Positions 11,544-23,700 of a DNA stretch of 64,000 nt are shown piece by piece. The translations under genes were made by a program, and so were the position numbers. Position 1 is the first letter of the stretch. Each line of letters begins with the position of its first letter. The DNA is from Geosiphon pyriformis uo1 (Eukaryota; Fungi; Glomeromycota), in NCBI GenBank assembly GCA_016748015.1, contig JAAOMT010000710.1, positions 186,001-250,000 on the forward strand. The letters run 5' to 3'. The notes under the pieces were generated by a model. The model was not told the origin of the DNA. It worked only from the letters and a program-made list of their open reading frames with translations, and ran no database searches.

Positions 11544-14500
11544 GTGGCAGAATCAGAAAGTATAGGAGCAAACCATTTAGAATTCACGAAATTTTTATTT
11601 CAACACTACTGTCAACACTTGGGATTAAATTACAATCATATATCAACAGAATCAGTCTTCAATTTCTATGTCAATGAGAGAATTGCCTATTTGTTAGGGA
11701 CACTAATAAACACTGAATTAGCAAGAGAAACTTTCTACCACGAATTAATACAAAACACCAGCTTACCAACAAATTATAATTTTGCATCCATTATTACTGA
11801 GATTAACAAAGAAATTGAACATTACATACAACAAAAATACCCAATCACCTACTCAAGTAAAGACAAAGGAAAACTACAAACACCAGCAGTAACACCTCAA
11901 TAGATCCAACCACCCATTTGGAAGAAACACAGAGTTGAATCACCCACAAATCTATCATATCATTATACTCCAAAAAGTGCCATCGATATTATATCACCAA
12001 ATGCATCCACATTAAATACAACATTAACATTTGGACAATTCCCATTCCAAAATAAATAAAAGAAAACAGAATTACTAGGCCCATATGGTGAATATTTTGA
12101 AGGATTTCAATCGCAAACACCAACACCATCAGGAATTCGATCACTACTACCTTTACCAGATTTTGGAATAGCCAATTTGTGGAAAGCATCAGAATTGGAA
12201 GAAAAAAAAGAATCTGAGAATCAAGAATTTACTTATCAGAACCCAATTCCAGAAAACCCAGAAGTTAAAACCCCAAATGTTTAAACTCCAGAAAAGTTAA
12301 ATCAAGAAAATCCGGAAACCGAGACTCCGAATATTCAAACACCACGAAATCAAAATATTCTAAATCCTGATTCAATCAATCAATCAAACTTACCTTCAAA
12401 TATCGCCATCAATTACCCACCAATTAACCTAATAGCACAACCACTACTTCAACAACCAAATCAGCAAATTCAACAGCCGCAACAACAACTTCAACTACCC
12501 GTTCAACAGCAACAACCAAATGTAGACCCAATGGCATATGCACCAATTGCAAAACTTGACAATTTCACTGGTAAAGAAAATAACGCCCAAGTATGGCTAA
12601 ACAATGTTGAGAAAGCCATTATTACAAATGGATGGAATGATGTCAGAGCTCTTCAAGCAATCTCCATACTTTCTTAAGAACACCGCCAATTTCTGGTATC
12701 AGAGCCTAATCAATAAAACCCAGGACTTTAATGCATTTAAACTAGAGTTCCTAAGATATTTTAGTAACAATAATAGTATTAACCAATTGACAAACACCTT
12801 CATTACTATTAAACAAGGGGACACAGAAGCAGTCACCACTTACTTGGAACGCTTCTGTCAAAATTTGCACCAAATCCAAGCAATTAATGCCAACTATTTC
12901 ACAGCACTACAAATCCTAAACCAATTTATTAGAGGTCTGTGCAGTAGCATCCTTCAATGTATATGTTCAATGCATTCAGCAGACCTTCAAGCTGCAGTTA
13001 CCAATGCCAGAGATTTTGAAGCAGCTGAACTTGAAGCTAATCATGCCCAAGCTGTCAATCTAGTGATGAATGAATCATCTGAATTGGATTCCAAATTGAA
13101 ACAATTCAGTAACTCTATTAACCAGAAGCTTGAGGAGTACTTAGCTGACAATTGTGCAATTTATCAGCCATCCCAACAATGCAATAATTTAGGAATCACA
13201 AATTGCTCAGAAAATCAGTCACATCCCTTATCATCTACCAATCAGTCATGGCAGCAAGAAATGCATATCTGCCACTATTGTGGTAAACAAGGACATTTGA
13301 GAATCAATTGTCAGTTAAGAATAGAAAATTAACGATCGGAAAATCAATATCAAAACCCTGATTGCTGGTTCTCAACTCTGAGATATCAATTAAACACAGA
13401 AATATATTAACTAAATTACATACCTATGATGCAGCCACAAATTTATCAGCCAACAGCACCTGTTATTTATTATTCACAGCTTCAACCCATTTATTAGCCA
13501 CAGCCTCAGGTAATCTACCAGCCACAACAAATTCAAACACCACCACAGAACTTATCTCAAAACAGAACTCAAAGGCCAAAACTGGCACAGCAAAGCTGGA
13601 GATTGTTGATGGTGGTTTATCAACTGATTTCCGGTTCTATAGCACAACCATCAGGTTCTCAACAATGAAATTCAGGTACCAGTTTGACCCAAAATCCAAA
13701 TTCCCAACACTATTTAAGTCTTTTGGTTACTCCAAAAGATGCTACCTCCCACAACTCAGAATCCAATTGACAACCAGTACTTACCAACAATATACCTCTG
13801 GCCACCATCACCAATAATAAAACATTGGCTGCCATATTCCCTTTTGAACTTGAGGAAACCACAACAGTACCACTATTCAATGGAGCCACCTTAGAGGAAA
13901 AACTTATCATGGCGATGTACACTGATGTGAAAGTTGATGACCACTTCATCAAACTGATCCTAAACAGTAGATCAGCTGGCAACATAATTATTAAACAACT
14001 CATAGACCAGTTAGGTTGCCGAGTTGATCATGCCACCAGTGCCAGAATCATAACCACTGATGAAACAACCAAAACTCCCATTGGTGAAATCGATAACTTT
14101 CCTTTCAAAGTTAATGACATCATTACTCCCATCAACGTTCTAGTAATGGAAGCAATCCAATATCAAGCATTGGTAGACAATGATTGGTTATCCAAAACTA
14201 ATGCCATATTTGATTGGACCACTCAAGAATTACAACTCAGTCAAAACGGTCAACACACACATGTACCAGCCACATGTGGCCATTTTAAGACCACCAACTC
14301 AACAATCCCACTTATTGAGTTTGAGAAAGAAGAAAAGAAACCAACATGGGAGGCATATCAAGTCTTGTGAGCTGATAAAGACCACAACAAGCTGCTGTCA
14401 ATACTATCATGGGATGACAACAAAAAAGAAAAACAAAGAGAAGAGCTTACCTGAGAGACTGACAATCTGACCTGGACCGACAATGACAAAAATAAGCTAA

Positions 14501-17500
14501 CACCAAACTGGGAATGGAAAGAAGAAAATGATAAAAGAAAGGGAAAAGAAAAAGAAGAAGAAACAACAACCACCAACACCACTTCTTCTAACTCTTACAC
14601 TTACCCTACACTACCACAATCTACCTATTGTCGACCAAAACTTATATGCATCAATTGTGGCAAGAAATTGTTGTTAATGAGTGCATGTTGTGGTGATGAC
14701 AAGAAATATGCAATGGTGACCAAATTCTACTGCCATGCATGTGTTATAGAAAGGTTTGGACGACCAAAGAAGCAAGAAAAATGGGACAACCAATCTTGTC
14801 TTGTTTGTGGAGAAACTCTCTTGGATGAAAGAATGTGGAACAACATTCCAGAGCAAGAAGGAATGTGTGACAAATCATGCCAATACACGATTCTAATCAG
14901 TGACTGGATAAGGAAAGGGACACTGATAAAAACAGCCTGGAAAAAAGCAGTACAACAATTGGACAGTTGTCTACATGACGATAACAAGATCTGGCAAATA
15001 GCATTTGTAAAAATAGAAAGAGCATTACCCGAGGAGATCAGAGAAATTAAAAACAACCCACCAGAACCAATAGAACTTGACTGGGACTCAGAACCAGTCA
15101 TAAACCTATTGGAACTAGAAGAATTTTATAAACATTACCAACATTTGGCACCCACCAGAGAAGAGCAAGAACAATGGCTAAAACAATTAAATGCCAGATT
15201 GTGCCACTATTGTTTAATTCTCAGTGACTTTGAATATTGTAATGAGTGTGACCTCATTTACAATCCACCACCATGTATGATCTACATGATTCTAAAAGAA
15301 AAAAAACCAATCAGTAACTGCACATTGGAATTGGAATCAGTTTTTGATCCCGATTCAAACCCCAACAACAATAATGACAAAAACACCAGTTCCAGCTCTG
15401 CTCAAAATGACAACAAAAATATCAGCAATTCAGACTCCAATTCAAACTCTGAAATATATATTGCACTTCCTGATCTATCTAAGGAGCAGGAACTCAAATG
15501 ATATAGCGACAATAAAGAAGATATCATGCCAGAATGTGCACATGATACCAATGCAGAGTTTGATCTAAGATATCTGGGAAAAAAAGCCATCAAATTAGAA
15601 CCAAATTCTCGCACCTGTATTGATTTCAAAATAGCTCTAAAAATTCCAGCAATAATCATGGTTCAATTAGCATCTAGGAGTAGTTTAGTGGAAAAAAAAA
15701 TCAACATTAGAGGAGAAATAATTGATGCGGAATACGTAGGAAATATCATTGCCATGCTACAAAATGACTCTGAAAAAGCCTATATCATAGAGCCAAATGA
15801 AAAGATAACACAAGCAATATTCCTACCTCTGGTGAAAATAGCTCAATTAGTGTCAGTGGAAAACAGAGAAGAATTAGGGATTACTGTTAAAGGGATACAG
15901 AGATTCAAATCAACAGGTAGAATAGACATACCAGTTAATATAGTGAAGGAAAAGGTTATTGACAAAGGAGAAATTATCTCAACCCATCAATTAATTTCCA
16001 TTCTGCCATATGACCAGTATATATTAGCCATAAAAAGGGAAGTAAGAGATCAAGCTCAATTGTTTGAAGCAGAAGCTACCATTTGCGAATCAGGAGAGAT
16101 TGGACTTACTAATCTATACATATCAGCCAAAAGCCCCAAAAATATTAAAATTCCCATCTACAATATAACTGGAAGTATCATTGAAATACCAAAGAGAACC
16201 ATCATTGGATATGTAACCACCAAAGTTGAGGATTAACTACCAAACCACATTTTAGATTTTTCACAGCTTTGCAGATATGTGGATATTACATCACAAACCA
16301 TTTATGAAAGAGGTGAATGCTATCTGCTCCAGCCAAAACAATTGAAACAAATGAACATAGAGAATCTAGATCCACTTCAACAGATGCAACTCAAGATATT
16401 ACTCAACAATTTCAATGACATCTTTACCAGTGAAAACGAATTTGGCCAAACCAATATCATCCAGCATCAGATCAAGACTGGAGATGCAATGTCAATAAAA
16501 CAAAGAGCATACAGAATACCACCAACTAACCATGAGATTATTTGTCAAGAAATTAATTGAATGCTTGACAACAAGCTAATTCAGCTATCAATGAGTCCAT
16601 GGTCATTACCAGTGGTACTAGTCTAGAAGAAAAATGGGAAAATCTGTTTTTGTGTAGACTACCAGAAACTGAATGGAGTAACAAAAAGTGATAGCTATCC
16701 AACTCCAAAGATCTAAGAGCTATTCGACGCTTTTGGAGAAAATAAATGGTTCTCAATACTGAACTTAGATAGTGGTTACTGGCAAGTAGTCATGGATCCA
16801 GCCAACAAAGAAAAAACAGCATTCACCACAAGAGAAAGAAATTTTGAGTTTGAAGTCATGCCATTTGGCTTGATGAATGCTCCAGCAACATTCCAACAGC
16901 TCATGGAAATTGTCTATACTAAATTACTATGAAAATCAGTAGTTGTATACTTGGATGACATTAATGTATTCTCAAAAACATTCGATGATTATTTGCATTA
17001 TCTCCAACAAGTATTCAAAAGATTAAAAAGAGCTGGATTGAAGCTAAATGCAACCAAATTCTTCTTTGGAAAAACTGAACTCAAGTTTTTGGAACATGTG
17101 GTGAGCAAAAATGGAATCAAAACAGATCCAGACAAGATTGAAGTAGTTAAGAACTTTCTAGTACCAACCAACTTGCCAGAACTAAAGGCATTTTTGGGAT
17201 TCACAGGTTACTATTGCCACTTTATCAAGGACTTTTCTAAACTAGCTCAGCCACTTTACCATCTACAAACCAAGAATGTAAAGTATAAATGGACTAAAGC
17301 TTAACAAAAAGCATTCGACATGTTAAGAAGAAAGCTTATTCAAGCTCTAGTATTGATGTATCCAGATTACAACAAACCATTTATTATTACTACTGATGCA
17401 TCAGGTCAAGCATTGAGAGCAGTACTATCACAAAAAGAACTCAATGGAAGAGAGCATCCAATAGCTTATACCAGTAGAAGTTTAAGCCCAGCAGAAAAGA

Positions 17501-17751
17501 ACTATAAAACTCTAGCATTAGAACACTTAGCAATCTATTGGGCTGTTATCAAATGGAGAGAATATTTGAGCCAAAAATTTGAAATATATATGGATCACAA
17601 AGGATTGATTTCAATCCAGAAACAAGAATTTGCAAACAATTGCCATGCCAGATGGAAAATAGAACTTTCACCATTCAACTATACAGTACATTACAAAAAG
17701 GGAAAAAACAATGGAAATGTTGATGGTTTGTTGCAAATGAGACAAATATAA
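11544..17751 (+). pseudogene. gag-pol polyprotein of element A: gag with CCHC knuckle, aspartic protease, Cys-rich region, dUTPase, RT, RNase H
   Basis: Motifs: CHYCGKQGHLRINC; LILNSRS (decayed LILDSGS); YLDD at about 16948; ITTDAS; LEHLAI; YMDH. One frameshift near 12663, otherwise a single frame with stops. Confidence 0.93.
15526..15930 (+). pseudogene. dut: dUTPase domain within pol of element A
   Basis: Decayed trimeric dUTPase motifs 1-5: AEFDL, ASRSSL, IIDAEYVG, ITQAI, KGIQRFKSTG. Confidence 0.9.
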
Positions 17752-17820
17752 AAACATTTCAACCCAAAAAAAAAAATATATAACAAAACCAAACCAAACC
17801 CAATGAAAATATAACAAAAG

Positions 17821-19197
17821 ATGAACACACAAAAATACCAACAGCTTCAACACTATATAAATACCCAATAGTTTAAGGAAAAGTTATCTCAAAAGAAACA
17901 AAATAACATCAAGCAACAATCAAAATATTTTATCAATTATCAAAATATACTTTACTGGAAGAATAGACAAAATCCAGATCAACTAATCAAGGTAATTACA
18001 GAGCCAGAGAAAGAAACAATACTGTTTACCATGCACTCAGATCCAACAGCAGGACATTTTCACAAAGAAGCAACCATAGAAAGGACCAGAAAAAGATACT
18101 ATTAGCCATCAATGTATCCAGACATCATTCAATATGTTCAAAATTGTAATGCTTGTCAAAGAAGAGGAGGAACAAAATCCAGTGAACCATTAAGACCAAT
18201 CAAAGTGGGACAACCATTTGATTACATTGGAATTGATTTAGTCAAACCATTAACAATTACCAGCAGAAGAAATAGATATATTGCAGTAGCCATGGACTAT
18301 CTCACTAAATGGCCAGAAACAAAAGCAATTCAAAGAGCAGATGCAGAATTCATTGCCGAATTTGTTCATCAAGACTTGATTTGTCAACATGAATGTCCAA
18401 AAGAATTATTATCAGACCAAGGAACTCATTTTGTGAACAGAACACTAGCAGAATTGAGCCAAAGATTCAGAATTAAAAGGCCACTATTATCACTATATCA
18501 TTCACAAACAAATAGTTTAGTTAAAAGATTTAATAGAACATTGTGTAAAGCAATCACCAAACTCAGCCAAGAAAACCAAGACGAATGAAATTTGTTCATA
18601 TCATCAGTACTATTTGCTTATCAAACAATGAAGCAAGATACTACACAAGCAACACCATTTGAATTAGTATATGGTAGAACAGCAACAATACCAGTTGAAA
18701 TAGAAGTCAACACATATTCAACTAAACCAATAACAGAAGAAAATTTCCAAAAAACATTGTTGAAAAGAACATATGACTTAATGGAAACACTGGAAAACAA
18801 ACAAAAAAGAGCAGCTGATAACATTCAAAAGTCACAAGAAAAACAGAAAAAAAGACATAATAGTTAACTATCAGACAAACCAGTTGAATTCAAGATTGGA
18901 GACAAAGTACTCTTACATCGTACCAAAGCAGAAAAACAATGGAGTAGAAAATTTGACCCCAAATGGGATAGACCATTTTACATAGAAGAAATTCTAGGAA
19001 ATAGAGCTTATAAATTAAGATTAGACAGCAAAATCTTAACAAAAGCAGCACATGGAGATTAACTGAAACCATACCACAATATAGTATTACCATTTACTAG
19101 TAACATTCCACAATTGGGAGTACAGAGACTATTAGTCAGACCAGATGAGATTCCACAAGATTTAGAACCAATTATCATTATTAATATAAATATGTAA
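17821..19197 (+). pseudogene. Integrase of element A (HHCC, DDE core, GPF motif, no chromodomain)
   Basis: MHSDPTAGHF...CNACQ, GIDLV, SDQG, VKRFN (E>K), WDRPF; ends LEPIIIININM*. Starts at an ATG located after two in-frame stops. Confidence 0.9.
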
Positions 19198-19228
19198 AAC
19201 TGATTGACCAAAAAGAATATATAAAGAC

Positions 19229-19906
19229 ATGATAGATGCGACAAAAGATATCAGAAAAATAGAAATTACTGATAACATCTACTTACTAACACAACAACTA
19301 TTCCAACTGATTCAACAACAGAATATAGAAATTACTATCAATCAACAAACTATTTGATACCAAGATACCAGAAAGATACCCAAATATGAAAGTAAAAAAA
19401 AAACAAAAAACACCATTGACAAAATGGTTCAAAAAATAAAATTAGCAATTGAGGAACCAACAAGTGTCACCACATATCAAAAGTTGACCAAAGAAACATA
19501 GAAATGGTGGATACACAAATTTCCAAGAAACTTCTATTACTTCCACTTGGGACGACACTTGAACATTCAGAACTTATACACGGATAAAACAAAATGATTA
19601 TTCAACACAGCAATACTGCAACAATTAGAACAATTCGTGAAAAAAAACAATCTGACCACACAAGCAAGAGCCATCTATTGGCTATATATAGGATTTCAAG
19701 ACAGACCGAAAATCTTACTCAATCTGGAATTGGACTTCATTACAATTAACCAAATGGGAAAAATGACCAACACCCAATTTGAAGAATTGCAGAACCAGAT
19801 AACTCAAATAATTCTTAAAAGAGAAGTTCAAAAAATACTCAATGACAAAGAATTAATATTAGAAGATTTAAGAGATTTAAAAGATCTTAATGGAGCTCAA
19901 TATTAA
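19229..19906 (+). pseudogene. Extra 3' ORF (ORF3, about 225 aa, unknown function) of element A
   Basis: ATG at 19229 is in frame with track ORF 19637-19906, with three stops revertible to CGA/TGG. Homologues occupy the same position in the other families. Confidence 0.8.
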
Positions 19907-19920
19907 AAAGAAGGAAATAA
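19905..19920 (+). promoter_or_regulatory. Polypurine tract of element A
   Basis: aaaaagaaggaaataa immediately before the 3' LTR. Confidence 0.85.
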
Positions 19921-20796
19921 TATTACTCATAGAATATAAGAAATATATTAGCACATAAAATAGCCAATTAGAGGTAGCCATAGTAAATGTGGAATCCCAG
20001 GATTCTTCTCAAGAGAAATTGCAGGATTCCAGAAATTTCAGGATTCTCTGTATAAGAAATCGCAAGATTCCAGAATTCCAGGATTCCTCTCAAAAAAAAT
20101 TGCAGGATTCCAAGAATTCCAGGATTCCTGAGGTGAAGAATTGAGGAATTGAGGAATCTCAATTATGTATATATAGCAGTAGTATTAGAAGTAAAAAAGG
20201 CAGAATCCTCAATTAGAAAACCTCTCTGTTTAGATTTTATCTAAGCAACTTTCTAAAATCACAAATATTAATAAATAATTATTCACTATCTTAATCCACT
20301 CTTTACTATCAACACTTCATGTTGATAATAATTGATACTTAACCATACTGAAACAATAGTTCTTGATCATGGCTATTGACAGAATACTAACTTGCAATTG
20401 CTTTTGTTATTCTTTTTAATTTTTTTTATTTTCTTTTATTTCTTTTGTTATTTCTTTGGATTTTGCTAAAAATTGATTAAGGATTAAGTGCTGAGATACA
20501 GATGTTATAAGAACTGGTAAAAAACCTGTAAAACAAGGGTAGAACACTCATAGATTTGAGAATAGCTTACCAAAAGGATTACCAGCCACCACACTAAGAA
20601 AGAAATTTGATAAAACTGTGGTTTCGGAAAGCTATAGATAAAACCATCAATTAAATCTCTGTCTATTATACAAAGAACTCAACTTGAAAGCCTTCAGATA
20701 CAATCAACGTACCAGTATCACCAGTCTTGTCAAGATATTGAGCACCAAGTTATGGATTTGTTATTTGATTTGAAACCTAAATAATTATCTGTAACA
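19921..20796 (+). repeat. 3' LTR of element A
   Basis: Direct repeat of 10608-11484; starts TATTAC (TG>TA) and ends GTAACA. Confidence 0.96.
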
Positions 20797-23700
20797 ATAA
20801 TAATCTCTTTTTTATTTATTTATATATTTTATTTATTGTTAAATATGTTTATAAATAATAGTATTAAATTTAATATAAACACTTTAATTTTTTTTTGTTT
20901 TTATGTTTATTATTAATAATATTTTACTTTTAATTCTTAATAGTAATAAAGTTTTTATTGTTAAAATTAGTAGTTTAGAATAAAAAATATTAGCTTTATA
21001 AGACTTAATCAATACAGTTTTAACCAAATTAGATTTTTTAGTTTTTGATACTGATTTAAAAAATTATAATATATAATATACATAAAATAAATAATTCTAT
21101 AAAACAAAAAAATATTTTAGATTATACAAAAAAATAAACAATTTAGTATTTATAATTATTATATTAAAGCTGTAGATTAATATTATTATAATTATATGTT
21201 TTATTTAAGTTGAAAATATTAATATATTAATTGTTAAAACCATTAATAAATCTTTTTTTGTGATTTTGAAAAATAATTTTAATAAAAATAAGTCTAAAAG
21301 ATATATTAGTTTCAAAAAGTGTTAAGATCTAAATTTGGTTAATTTTTTGGTAAAAAGTATAATCAGAAAAATATATATATAAAAAAATTTTAAAGATGCT
21401 AAAAAAATTATTAATTATGTTTTTGTTTTTGTAAATCTTATTAATATAGTAGTTAACCAAAATGTTCTGAATGTTGAAAATTTTTTTAATACTAATTACT
21501 ATATTATTTATGTTTTTATTGGTTTAAATAACTTTTTAAATATCTAATTAAGCTCTTTTTACAAACATACAAAAAAAAATTACTAAAATAAAACCAGTTC
21601 AAAACTTTTATACTTTTTACTATTATTTTATATGTTGATAAATTTATTATTATAAAAAAATTTTCAAATATAATATAATATAAAATGTTATTTAAAAGGT
21701 AAGTTGTTTTTTGGTTAATAAAATGTTTTTTAAAACTTAATATAAAAATTATGATAGTGTTTTTATTAAATTTTTGTTTTAATTTTACAAATTAAAAACT
21801 TTGGTTTTTAAAATTGTTAAAGTTTTATATTTAAGACTAAATACTAATTTCGATTTTTTTTGGACTATTAACTCTTTTTTAATGTTAATAATATTTCTTA
21901 TATTATAAAACTTGTTAGTTTAAATATTAGTTTTAATGTTATTAAGTTTATTTTAGCCAAGATAAGAAAGTTTTATTGTGCTTCTAAGTTAATTAAATCT
22001 TAATAGACTAAAAAAACATGAATTAAACCTGTTATTAATAAAAGAATAAATAATTTTAAAGTTAATAAAAACTATATTATTAAGAGTATTTTAAAATATC
22101 TGTTTTGCAAAATAGTTTTGAATTATTTGGTAATTAAAAATAAATTGGTTCTAGAATCTAATAAATTTAAATCTAAAATAGACAAAATTATAAAAAAATA
22201 AACAAAAAAAAAGATTTTGAATTTGATTTTAATATATAGTATTATTAATATTTGCTATTAAACTATATTAATGATAAAATATTTTTTAAAGTTATAAATA
22301 GTATTTATTTCAATAAAATAATAAGTATAATTAAAAATTTGTTTAAAAACAAAACAACAAAGTTGTTTGAAATTACAAACAAGCTTTAAAAACATTGTAA
22401 TAAATTAGTTTTGAAATTGTTTTTAAATATTTTAAATTTTAATTTAATATGTAAATCAGTTTTATAGTCTTAAAAAAAACTTAAATATTGATAATTTTTA
22501 AATCTTATAAATAAAATAACATTTTTATTAATACTAAACTTATAACTTTAATTGAAACTATTTAAAAACTTTTTTTTAAAATCTTTTTTAATAGAATTTT
22601 TTTGGCTTATAGTATTTTTAATATTTTTTGCAAAAACAATTTTTCAGTTTTAAAAAATATTATAACACAATTTTTTATTTTTATTATTGGTTTTGTTATA
22701 AAAAATACTTTAAAAAAAAATCAAAAACTTTAATTAATTTTATAAAACATGTATAAAATTTATGACTTAGTTAATTGGTCATATTTAAAAAATAATTTGG
22801 CTTAAATTAAAATATGTAAAAGATTTATTAGGTTTTTTAGTAATATTTATATTAATAAAATTAATTGTATTATAATAAATTTTAGTCTGACTAATAGTTA
22901 TTGTATATATAATAGTTTGAATTAAGAAAAATTTTTTTTGTTTTTTAAACATATTTTTTATAATCTTTTTCTATATAAAGTTAAAAGTTAAAGCAATTTG
23001 TATAATTATTAAATTAATACTAAGTTTGTTGTTAAAACAAAATACATTAAAAATCAAATCAGTTTAATTTTTTTTCTTGTTGTTAAAGTGTTTATAAATA
23101 ATACAATTTGAATTAAAAACAATTAGACTACTACTTAATATATTTTAAATATTATTAATAAATTTTTTTAAATCAATAATATTTTAATTAACAATAAAAA
23201 AACAGTTGTTATTTTTATTAATTGTAAAGTAAACACTTTTTTATTATTAATTAATAAGTCACTAATATTACTTAAGTAAAAAAACAGATTTAAAATCATA
23301 AAAAAATGTAATTACTATATAAAAATATAAAATAATATAAAATAATATAAAATAATATAAAATAACATAAAATATATATGATAATATATGATAATATAAA
23401 ATAACACACAATAACACAAAATAGTACAGAATATTTAGTAATAATATAAAATAATTAGTTATAATATACAAAAATAAAACAATAGTTAAAATAATATATA
23501 ATAATTAGTAATAATAAACAATTAAAAACAATCTTATAAAATTAGAAAATATGTATAAAAATAAGTAGTTTTAGCAAATAAAAAAAAGAGCAAACAAGAC
23601 TCAAATTATTTTTAATATATTATTTTTAGTCTAAAAACTCCTTATCTTCTCTTTATATTTTTTATCTATCAAATAAAATATTATTATTTAAATTTATAAA

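Larger units (their letters stand above)
10608..20796 (+). mobile_element. Structurally complete but inactivated Ty3/gypsy LTR retrotransposon (family A) with dUTPase and an extra 3' ORF
   Basis: Direct LTRs 10608-11484 and 19921-20796, PBS, PPT, domain order gag-PR-dUTPase-RT-RH-INT, and flanks ATGA/ATAA (4-bp TSD with one G>A). Confidence 0.97.

Noticed and set aside
13362-13817. 151-aa ORF between gag and protease suggesting a frameshift or overlapping gene
   Set aside because: The gag-pol frame runs through this region as a Gln/Pro-rich linker with transition-type stops. This ORF is an alternative-frame by-product.
19229-19906. ORF3 as a retroviral env gene
   Set aside because: It is short and hydrophilic, with no signal peptide, furin site or transmembrane segment visible.
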